From positions 1 to 50,396 of IMG/VR virus record IMGVR_UViG_3300036713_000334: a stretch of DNA of 50,396 bases; one strand, 5' to 3'. This DNA is from a virus (lineage: Duplodnaviria; Caudoviricetes). This document shows positions 32,101 through 38,177 of the stretch, one piece after another. The notes under the pieces are model-generated. The model worked only from the letters and a program-made list of their open reading frames with translations, was not told the origin of the DNA and did not search any database. Within the stretch, counting starts at the first letter, position 1. Each line of letters begins with the position of its first letter. The translations under genes were made by a program, and so were the position numbers.

Positions 32101-32610
32101 GAGTCAATTATGTCGCCTAACCCATCGCAACGACCGATCGCTGCTAGCCATCCAGGGATGATGCTGGTGTATCACCTTAAAGGATTTATGTATGCCATAT
32201 ATGACATATTCCTGAAGCGCATGAAGTACAACTGGGACGAGGCTAAGAACGCACCTGAGATGTTAGGGGCAGTAACTCCAGCACTCGGCATGCTAGCGCT
32301 AACCGCGGTCGGCATCGAGCTACGTGACTTGATCACGGGCAATGACACCAAGGCCAGAAAAGACGGGTGGGAGTATTCATGGACGCTGTTTGAACGCTCT
32401 GGCTTGCTTGGACCTGCGCAACTTGGGTGGGACTTTGAAGGGGCTGGGGACTTCGGACAGTCAGAGCTAGTTGCTTTGAGCGGCCCAGCGCTAAGCCATG
32501 CTGGTGATTTGATTTCAAAGCCTTTATCGCAGACAATACCCAAGTCAATACCAGTTGTCTCTCAGCTGCCTTGGCTGAGAGATATGCTACGTACCGACAG
32601 TGGAAGCTAA
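26143..32610 (+). CDS. large ejection / polyvalent protein with zincin-like HExxH motif
   Basis: 2155 aa; G/A-rich hydrophobic helices near the N-terminus; IHELGHAIH at about 29884 with downstream EWMAD. Confidence 0.65.
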   Translation: MAEPTRDNLLAFESRYAREAASPEGRMRDPISTDVTPQALQDFDRRYAETQADPEGRMFGRDVNDFTQQYDQEIGYADEFVRGVGQGVDMFQASMYAMTKTIGRELGIESLEGFGDSGVESNIKEMSRNPVSMARFSEIDSMDDFIRWSAGAFGQALPSLGAAMAGGGVGGILAKKAAEKSIYAIIRSRMLQQMKQRGFAGDAAEAAVNRALGAKTNAQMLKRGFQEGDAQLLQRGFAKGSTIGAMIPSVGMQAGETEMTLSEAGIDGSLAAVFGAGFVGGSLEALPALRLIDKMFPGVDKKLAGSFIKDFSKATGTQAVLEGTTEGLQQIIQLSSLAWHDPTFDWNDPDVAMQVLDAFAAGALVGAVTGGGAEAIGRATTPDDTDSFRNIAGSRSLRPNLPGGPAPGSERVAEQPTPEVSYPDDFEPADNTIFEEIKGRAQTIVDEKVGPVLNKIGAEFNDAQDRVRGVFDANGMATPFQGDSKYRDAVQAGQDEFLAGHAPVLEDTVRYASEYAMYVADEAALITDPVMRKIFIDEQMKGLEEEVGGVATELGLRGEQIIGSLMGDIEGDPVMDERTQSFPDESDTSFTFGQKMAVKNAQGQTERYRTRGDSARPYKTFGDAGTNMVRMMEEYPSVPESAWSIREQDDGFVIAINDSGGLGKTILEDEVVTGAIEKARISARGNPDKSRHVTVKLPGRKANVILDVVTLVRDGNRLGEGDVQTNQQAFDTIMAHLMARDMVDDASYFKMREAFEKQYPGRARNQTVKQHQRIEAARLAGKVEGKTSSLLERQRSKSDARIEGNIEGESAEVKTTNIIGKDGKSRQVKQTVRTDETMTKDTTRTDPVLGYEGIPAGVGTNTTFTPGVKGSQRSTLVPKGRDAGSPRFERTGGLDANERGQTGQPIDQALAELDPDVAANLELEVRSSGRYAYVDTEPGSDAQGLLSQIEKESKGKIPTEKQQAEQSVIDTGGIDATRSKKGDRNRGGPLAKNMDRLKRVMATFPSPSKRTKAEQAEFSELSRALAILERKPKNSQENNQVNRALAIEGKPTPNKRSKKRKKKSFDEHVSELDKRSGRQSREQYLENKKARDAIAEQDPEGTKVTVLKPKPLKFKWVAVEGAAAKPDGTRTEGAAARTKDRQAKVVQELTNKGLSVQLKGAAAKFQKQITWLVKKVQTLIPNTRIVVMDAEALAEFKNSSNRDLADIANALLAFDSAAMAYLDTMDAVIIRLYDFDASTGNGVAGLIHELGHAIHFVTWKKLGLDGQKKLWEAFRADIKAGKRSTGETLNQDPANPTDQRMLEPNEANIFEFKEWMADQFVVWMNSRRQPRNALEEFFQKVEKKIKEFYDALKANPTRYGAKLNETYADFADAVARRAATVGDPSTDRWFPHNKIGLGFEVLNDIAGNLGLHIKAMERDLAAARTNQDTQDQAEQKTNKAKIEIAQGKVIRSPYKGLTLEEWKKMLPRQLSYNEIIRSGKAMKQLMANLYEVALAPSTSVMNTLSKDGIKAADRLIDIFSRRQGERKAQNNYHQAVKRMKNGFWTRYQNITAGLDAESKNALRNELNGTPQAKPLSPQLAAKAREIRAMMNEVHTYLVKAGLPVGKIENYVPKMFNKAALLANEEAIINHYVEMHQRENQSLRREAEEFARAKFSALTSQEAEQAAAEQELEVDELSMQSPGFQAMRHRYTNSKFMDQFLETDLDNILANYFNHAVKRAEYNRVLGSEAKKGLTGGDMNRRRDWNPQEKLDEIFDEAKAQGANDIQLMRMKNYVDANLGMYGRDEVGETTRKAMAGLVAYNNMRVLLFTVFASLPDMMGPVIRSGSAKTAFSEFSKNIGDIVKGSTDNELAEMAEALGIIIDDVSQSVLSEYVDNHYMPTGLRKWNDKFFKYTGLNWYTDTTRKYALAVGIKSFENAAKNSESARTDRERRKARKFLLEFGLTPAMVRDWIAAGKPIYNSGTYATQKGRRAQRDDAIAAALVQFVDESIMSPNPSQRPIAASHPGMMLVYHLKGFMYAIYDIFLKRMKYNWDEAKNAPEMLGAVTPALGMLALTAVGIELRDLITGNDTKARKDGWEYSWTLFERSGLLGPAQLGWDFEGAGDFGQSELVALSGPALSHAGDLISKPLSQTIPKSIPVVSQLPWLRDMLRTDSGS

Positions 32611-32621
32611 GGAACACCATT

Positions 32622-32954
32622 GTGACAAACATAATACACCCAGAACAGGACGCGCCAGTTAACCGAATGGACTTACACAGAGACATAGTATGGGTCATAC
32701 GTTCCCTTTGGGGCGGCGGCATTGCATTTACAATGCTTATTGCCTGGGCCGTTTCTCTCGCTAGTGACGTAGAACGTAACACAGCAGACTTAAAGAGCAA
32801 GGCGGACTCGACAGCCTCGCTTTCTGTCGCGGCATCCCTAGTTAGGATCGAAAACAAGATTGACAGCGCTGACACTCGGCAGCGTCAGATGTCTGTAGAC
32901 ATAGCTAAGCTCACAGAACAAGTGGAAGACCTTGAAGAGGAGCAAACTAACTGA
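32622..32954 (+). CDS. single-TM coiled-coil membrane protein (holin/antiholin-like)
   Basis: Hydrophobic LWGGGIAFTMLIAWAVSL followed by heptads; directly upstream of the endolysin. Start uncertain. Confidence 0.5.
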   Translation: MTNIIHPEQDAPVNRMDLHRDIVWVIRSLWGGGIAFTMLIAWAVSLASDVERNTADLKSKADSTASLSVAASLVRIENKIDSADTRQRQMSVDIAKLTEQVEDLEEEQTN

Positions 32955-33373
32955 TGGATAAAGTAGCCTTTGAGAAACACCTACGCTGGGCAGAAGCAGA
33001 GCGCCTGTTTCCATATAAGTGCTCAGCTGATAAACTTACTATAGGTGTAGGGCGAAACCTTGACGACAGAGGAATAACTAAAGATGAGTCTGCCTTTCTT
33101 CTCAACACTGATATCGAAAATACGCTCGATGAATGCAGAAGACTGGATTATTGGAACAACCTGGATCCGGTACGCCAGCTTATCGTTGCTGATATGGTCT
33201 TTAACTTGGGCTTTGCTCGCTTCAAGCGCTTCGTAAAGTTAAACGCAGCACTAGCACTACAGGATTACAGCCTAGCGGCGCACGAAATGAAAGACAGTCG
33301 CTGGTACACACAAGTAGGTCGACGTGCAGAGAAGCTACACACGGCCATGATAACCGGAGTATGGAATGACTGA
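32954..33373 (+). CDS. endolysin, GH24 lysozyme-like
   Basis: E..RLFPYKCSADKLTIGVGRNL, DMVFNLG and EMKDSRWYTQVGRRA motifs. Confidence 0.9.
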   Translation: MDKVAFEKHLRWAEAERLFPYKCSADKLTIGVGRNLDDRGITKDESAFLLNTDIENTLDECRRLDYWNNLDPVRQLIVADMVFNLGFARFKRFVKLNAALALQDYSLAAHEMKDSRWYTQVGRRAEKLHTAMITGVWND

Positions 33374-33662
33374 CATAACTGAGGGTCAAGAGAGACGCGT
33401 TACACGTACCGAGCGTGAGCTGGAACGTATGGGTGAGGGCATGCAAACTGTTGGTGAAGATAAGCCAAAAGCCGCTGCCAAATCTCCCCCTAAGAAAGCG
33501 GCACCAAAGGAAAAGGTCGGCGTTGGCCGTGACGATAGTGAGGTTAACAAGAGACGACTCATAGGTGAGCTGCAGGCGCGGGTCACCGCGGCTAGAGCAG
33601 CAGGCAATATGGACCTGGTCAATAAATATAAAGCCAGGATCACAGCACTAAACGCACTGTGA
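33366..33662 (+). CDS. hypothetical basic protein
   Basis: Overlaps neighbours on both sides; K/A/P-rich. Confidence 0.55.
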   Translation: MTDITEGQERRVTRTERELERMGEGMQTVGEDKPKAAAKSPPKKAAPKEKVGVGRDDSEVNKRRLIGELQARVTAARAAGNMDLVNKYKARITALNAL

Positions 33663-33988
33663 GTAAGAAAAAGAAAAAACCTGCGCCTATCTCCATGAAG
33701 CTTAGTAGGGCGAAAGCTCCTACCCCGAAAGAAGCTTCAAAGGGCATCAACGATGTGTCGCCTATCGTGGAGGCACAGATGAAGCGTGCTGAGCGTGCCA
33801 TTGACAGCCTCAGAGAAGAGGTGCAGGTGCTACGCAAGGCTCCGCCAAAGGTTAGTGTAGAATCATCTAGCCCAAAGGTAGATGTGATCATTCCCGCGCG
33901 CCCACGCATTAACAAGATCACTATCAAGTACGATCAGCTTGGCTACCCCTCAGAGCTTATACCGCAGTACTCCGACGCTACGGGATAA
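33659..33988 (+). CDS. hypothetical basic protein
   Basis: GTGA overlap; poly-Lys N-terminus, coiled coil, C-terminal KITIKYDQLG hairpin. Confidence 0.55.
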   Translation: MSKKKKKPAPISMKLSRAKAPTPKEASKGINDVSPIVEAQMKRAERAIDSLREEVQVLRKAPPKVSVESSSPKVDVIIPARPRINKITIKYDQLGYPSELIPQYSDATG

Positions 33989-33991
33989 CCC

Positions 33992-34198
33992 GTGGCTAAT
34001 CACTTCCAGAGTGCGCATTTCGCCTCAGTACACTTCCTGAGCTACCACTTCTCCGGCGGCACAGCCCAAGTAATTGAGGCTGTTCTGCCACTTGACGCTG
34101 GGGCTGCCGGCGCGGACTTGCTCAGGCTACCCAACGGTGCGATCATTGCTATAGCAGTGGGCGCTCTTCTCATTATGGAGGACGACCTAGATTACTAA
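33992..34198 (+). CDS. small protein with His-Phe pentad repeats
   Basis: NHFQS-AHFAS-VHFLS-YHFSG; hydrophobic then acidic C-terminus. Confidence 0.55.
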   Translation: MANHFQSAHFASVHFLSYHFSGGTAQVIEAVLPLDAGAAGADLLRLPNGAIIAIAVGALLIMEDDLDY

Positions 34199-34207
34199 GG
34201 GACGACC

Positions 34208-35065
34208 ATGAAAATACTAACAACTATAATTATAATCCTAATGTCAGGGGCAGCATTCGCAACTGACAATGACCAGTGTGACCACCCGCGTTTTCTCGAG
34301 AGAGGCTGTGACTATGAAGGTCAGGACGGGAAGGATGGGAAGGATGGGAAGGACGGAGCAGATGGAAAAGACGGGATTAACGGCCAGGATGGACGTGACG
34401 GAATCGATGGGCGAGACGGAGTTGACGGTCAGAATGGGCGGGATGGAACTGATGGTAAAGATGGACGAGACGGAAATGACGGCCGCCCTGGAAGAGATGG
34501 TATTAACGGGAAGGACGGCGTTGTTCCTATCGAATGGATCAATGAAACACGTAACTGGCAAAGAGATTGGGGCAGGTTCACTGCCGCCACCGAAGCGATT
34601 CAAGTCCACCTCCCACAAGAACAAACCTCACGAGTGACTTTTGGTATGTCACGCGTTCATGGAAGCACTGGCCTGGGTGTAGGTTACGCTTACAAGAACG
34701 AAGATGGCGTTGCGTTCACTGTCGGCCTTGGCACAAGCCACGGACAGACAGTTGGTAAAGCCAGCGTTGGCTTTGAGTTCGGCGGCCACAAGCAGATGAA
34801 GATCGTAATGCCTGCAGTCGTAGTAGAGCCTGAGCCTGAGCCTGTTTATGAAGAGATCATAGAGCAGCAGCAAATCATTGCGATCGATCACAACGAAGAC
34901 ATTCAAATGGTACAGATGGCACAGGTCGACATCGACGAGAGGGTCTCGGCGCTCGAAGCTGAGCTGCGTAAACCTAAACCTAAACCGAAGCCCGTAGTTA
35001 CCAAGAAGCAACCCAAGTTCACTGACGAACAGCGCTCCGCTGTACTGGCATACTTCGAGGACTAA
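34208..35065 (+). CDS. collagen-like protein with signal peptide and YadA-like anchor (trimeric autotransporter-like)
   Basis: Signal peptide ending AAFA; about 22 G-X-Y triplets; helix plus four amphipathic strands ending VGFEF; about 94 aa C-terminal extension. Confidence 0.7.
   Translation: MKILTTIIIILMSGAAFATDNDQCDHPRFLERGCDYEGQDGKDGKDGKDGADGKDGINGQDGRDGIDGRDGVDGQNGRDGTDGKDGRDGNDGRPGRDGINGKDGVVPIEWINETRNWQRDWGRFTAATEAIQVHLPQEQTSRVTFGMSRVHGSTGLGVGYAYKNEDGVAFTVGLGTSHGQTVGKASVGFEFGGHKQMKIVMPAVVVEPEPEPVYEEIIEQQQIIAIDHNEDIQMVQMAQVDIDERVSALEAELRKPKPKPKPVVTKKQPKFTDEQRSAVLAYFED
34319..34525 (+). repeat. 9-bp period coding repeat (G-X-D/N collagen triplets)
   Basis: GQD-GKD-GKD-GKD-GAD...GIN-GKD-GVV. 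Confidence 0.9.
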
Positions 35066-35067
35066 TA

Positions 35068-35331
35068 ATGGATTGGGAAAAAGTAAAGAACTGGGTGTTT
35101 GGAGGGGCGGGGGCAGTAGCACTCGTTGTCTTCTATCAGTTCATGCAGTGGCAAGTGTCTGAGGAAGTAAGTAGGCAGCTTGCCGCTCGCGACCTCGGTA
35201 CAGATACCAACATCGTTGCGATCAAATCTGATGTGCAGGAGAACACGCGCACCGGACAGGAAAACGCTGAGGATATTGAACAAAATCGCGAGAACGTCAA
35301 GGCGGCGTTTGAAGCCCTAATGAAGGAGTAA
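35068..35331 (+). CDS. single-TM coiled-coil membrane protein
   Basis: WVFGGAGAVALVVFYQF TM segment followed by a coiled coil. Confidence 0.6.
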   Translation: MDWEKVKNWVFGGAGAVALVVFYQFMQWQVSEEVSRQLAARDLGTDTNIVAIKSDVQENTRTGQENAEDIEQNRENVKAAFEALMKE

Positions 35332-35336
35332 GAGTA

Positions 35337-35714
35337 ATGAAGGACTGGATAAAGAAACAGTGGAACAAAGCGAAGAAGTGGTGGCTGGCTGTGTTGCTGG
35401 CGCTAGGCTTTGCCGTGATACCTGCTGGCGCTGGCACGATCTCTTTCACATGGACCAACGCTACGCAGAATGAAGACGGGACCGTCTTTGATCCTGCGAC
35501 AGAACAGATGGAAGTTAGGATCTACTGCAACGGTGACACGACTCCTACGTTTGTCTCGCCAGGTGCTTCAGCCGCTCTTGATGTTATCACTACACCCGGT
35601 ACATACACTTGCGTCGCTCGAACCGTTAACATGGAAGGCACTGAAAGTGCAGACTCAAACGAGGCCACTAAGGTCGTGTTGAGATCAGCACCATTGCCGC
35701 CGGTTCTACAATGA
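35337..35714 (+). CDS. exported fibronectin type III-like protein
   Basis: Signal peptide ending AGA; TWT..NEDG..RIYC..GTYTC..ES..SNE pattern. Confidence 0.65.
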   Translation: MKDWIKKQWNKAKKWWLAVLLALGFAVIPAGAGTISFTWTNATQNEDGTVFDPATEQMEVRIYCNGDTTPTFVSPGASAALDVITTPGTYTCVARTVNMEGTESADSNEATKVVLRSAPLPPVLQ

Positions 35715-35890
35715 ACGGCATGGTAATTGGTAAGCGCACCACGATAGGAGCAGCTATAACTTCACTGGCTGGCGTTGCTGCGCACTTCTTCCCAGAGCAC
35801 GCTGCTGCTTTCATCGGCATGGCCGTCCCCATTACTTTCGCTGCTCAGGTGTACGTCGCTAACAAGTTCGGTGTTACAACAAAGCCATGA
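35711..35890 (+). CDS. putative two-TM holin (59 aa, MNGMVIGKRTTIGAAITSLAGV...)
   Basis: Not in the ORF track; ATGA overlaps at both ends; two hydrophobic segments and a short basic tail. Confidence 0.55.
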   Translation: MNGMVIGKRTTIGAAITSLAGVAAHFFPEHAAAFIGMAVPITFAAQVYVANKFGVTTKP

Positions 35891-36750
35891 GCATGCTGGG
35901 GAAAAGTAAATTTAATCTAGCAGAGTTACTGAAGTCGCTCCAAAAGCCTGAGCTCACAGCTAAACAGAAGAAAGCACGGGATATGTCAGGCGAAGAAGTA
36001 ATGGACCTAGACCCCAAAGAGCGGCGCAAAGTTTTGAAGGAAAAGCTGAAGGCGAGCTTCGGACCGCTTAATATGGTTTCGCGCTCACCACAAGCACTCG
36101 CCGGCCGCCTGGCAATACGTGGCATCACTGGCGCAGCGGACGCGATCGGAGGCAAAGAAACAGTAGAGACAGCCCAAGATGTACTGGAGGAATTGCCTGA
36201 GGCTGCCGACACATATGGCGAGTACATAGAAGAAGTAACACCGATTCGTAACGCCGAAGAAGAACTCCTGACGCAAAAGGAGTTCAAGGAAATGAAGCCT
36301 TCAGACCAGCTGAAGCAGGTCAGAGATATGCTTGAAGGAAAAGGGCGCAAGATCGACGTAAATGATTTCGATCCTCATAAACCGAGCCCGGCTAGTACGC
36401 CGCAAACGCCACCTATCCCCGACAATATAGGAAAGGTACTCGGTAGAAAACTGGCGAAAGAAGCGGAGGAACGAGCAAAGAAAAAAGCGAATAAAGCAGC
36501 TAAAGAAGTAGCAGCTAAAGTAGCTGAAAATTGGGCGCGCATGGCCCATACCCGCTTGACTGGTAATCAGCGCTACAACGATCGCCAGGCTGAAGCGATA
36601 GCGCGAGGAGAGGTTCCCCAAGAGCGTAGGTTCAGGGACATAGTAGCGGAGCAGCTAGTCCCTGGCTCAAGACACGCCTCTGAAGAGGGAGGCATCTCCA
36701 GCAGAATGTTGGCGTACGGCACAAGTATGCGGGATAGATTTAAGAGATGA
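35887..36750 (+). CDS. hypothetical charged helical protein
   Basis: 287 aa, K/E-rich, coupled to the upstream stop. Confidence 0.6.
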   Translation: MSMLGKSKFNLAELLKSLQKPELTAKQKKARDMSGEEVMDLDPKERRKVLKEKLKASFGPLNMVSRSPQALAGRLAIRGITGAADAIGGKETVETAQDVLEELPEAADTYGEYIEEVTPIRNAEEELLTQKEFKEMKPSDQLKQVRDMLEGKGRKIDVNDFDPHKPSPASTPQTPPIPDNIGKVLGRKLAKEAEERAKKKANKAAKEVAAKVAENWARMAHTRLTGNQRYNDRQAEAIARGEVPQERRFRDIVAEQLVPGSRHASEEGGISSRMLAYGTSMRDRFKR

Positions 36751-36762
36751 GGAGTACATAAA

Positions 36763-37020
36763 GTGGGGCCCACAGAGAGAGAAGCCAAGAAGCAGATGGA
36801 AGACAAACGTCTGCGCGAGAAGCACTTAGGCAAACCGTCGTTAAAGCATCGTCTAAAAGAATACCTGAAGGGCAGTCATAATTACACTGTCAACGACTCT
36901 GGTCGAGGTATCAGCAAAACGCTAGCTGAGGAGAAAGAACAAACTAAGCTCGCTCGCTTGATGGAAGAACGTAAAAAGAACGGGGAGTACGAGAAAACAA
37001 AGGCACGTCGCAAGAAATGA
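36763..37020 (+). CDS. hypothetical basic protein
   Basis: GAGGAG RBS, GTG start, K/R-rich. Confidence 0.55.
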   Translation: MGPTEREAKKQMEDKRLREKHLGKPSLKHRLKEYLKGSHNYTVNDSGRGISKTLAEEKEQTKLARLMEERKKNGEYEKTKARRKK

Positions 37021-37451
37021 TGGGACTATTCACTAAGCTTATAGCTTCGTCACTTGGTCGCTGGGCACTTGGTATCGGAGTCACTATGTTACTTAGTGGC
37101 TTAGCGTATAAATGGTATGACTTCAAACGAGACTTACGGGATGAAGGGGTACAAGAATGTGTCCAGGAAATAAACATAGCGACGGTGAACGCACTGGAAC
37201 TTGCGCTTGCGGACGAGAGGTCTGCGGTTGCGGAGCTTCGTGCCAGCCTGGATGCGGTTGCAGCTGCGAACCAAGAAGCGATCGCGCGAAGGACAAAACT
37301 GGAAGCCGACCTGAGAACAATCGAAGCGCAAATAAAAGCGCAGAGGAAGACTGATGAAACATATCGCGAGTGGGCTGATACTCCTCTGCCTGATGGCGTT
37401 GCAGACCGGTTGCGGGAAGCGGCTGGAAGTTCGTCCGGTAACACCGACTAA
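37017..37451 (+). CDS. i-spanin (Rz-like)
   Basis: N-terminal TM, long coiled coil, C-terminal WADTPLPDGV. Confidence 0.85.
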   Translation: MMGLFTKLIASSLGRWALGIGVTMLLSGLAYKWYDFKRDLRDEGVQECVQEINIATVNALELALADERSAVAELRASLDAVAAANQEAIARRTKLEADLRTIEAQIKAQRKTDETYREWADTPLPDGVADRLREAAGSSSGNTD

Positions 37452-37623
37452 AACAATCATTGAAAAAGTCCAACCCCCCGCAGAGTTACTTGCAGATTGC
37501 CCAGAGCCGGGCCTGGAAGGACTCGAAACCACGGGGGATCTGGAGGCCTTCGCCATTGACGCGATCGTGGCTCTTACGTTCTGCAATAAGGACAAGGAAC
37601 GACTCAGAGGGTGGACAGAATGA
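37354..37623 (+). CDS. o-spanin lipoprotein (Rz1-like)
   Basis: Overlaps the 3' end of Rz in another frame; lipobox QTG-C, PPAELLADC, C-terminal CNKDK. Confidence 0.85.
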   Translation: MKHIASGLILLCLMALQTGCGKRLEVRPVTPTKTIIEKVQPPAELLADCPEPGLEGLETTGDLEAFAIDAIVALTFCNKDKERLRGWTE

Positions 37624-38111
37624 CGACCATTGTAGTTGATCAGACAATGGGAATAATGGCAGGTGATCGTATGGTCACCACCAACGACGGGGAAGTGGCC
37701 ATAAGCTGCGACACCAAAATCGAACGAGTCGACATAGGGGGTGACATCTATCTGGTTGGGATGGCTGGAATGGAGGGACCAGCTGAACATTTCCTGGATT
37801 GGTTCAGGGATGGGGATTGGGACACACCTCCGGACGCATGGGAGAGTTTAGACGAAGGAGACAGCTTCACGGTACTGGTTCTGGGCCCCGACGGCATTGA
37901 AGTCGCGGACAAATTCATGAGACTAACCCCCATCCACAACCGGTGGTACGGCATAGGATCAGGAGGCTCCATAGCATGGGCAGTCCTGGTTGCTGGATGC
38001 GGGATTGACAAAGCAATGAAGACAGCCATTACGATGGATCCCAACACGGGCTTCGGCTATCAAGTTCGCCATTTATCCGGCACAGAAGATGACAGGGACG
38101 TGGACTTATAG
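37620..38111 (+). CDS. HslV/proteasome-beta-like Ntn peptidase
   Basis: M-T-T-I start (Thr1 nucleophile), AGD, TKI, GMAG, GSGG and D..TG motifs. Confidence 0.8.
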   Translation: MTTIVVDQTMGIMAGDRMVTTNDGEVAISCDTKIERVDIGGDIYLVGMAGMEGPAEHFLDWFRDGDWDTPPDAWESLDEGDSFTVLVLGPDGIEVADKFMRLTPIHNRWYGIGSGGSIAWAVLVAGCGIDKAMKTAITMDPNTGFGYQVRHLSGTEDDRDVDL

Positions 38112-38175
38112 GTCTTTCCCCGGTAAAATCAGTACGTATGCCCAGGACGGGCCTCTAATCATTTATAGGGATGTA
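38101..38175 (+). promoter_or_regulatory. sigma70-type promoter and leader with CsrA/RsmA-type sites
   Basis: TGGACT-17 bp-TAAAAT; hairpin GCCC-AGGAC-GGGC; RBS embedded in TATAGGGATGTA. Confidence 0.55.
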
Positions 38176-38177
38176 GC

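Noticed and set aside
34319-34525. CRISPR array or non-coding tandem repeat
   Set aside because: It is a degenerate 9-bp periodicity explained by collagen codons, with no spacers.
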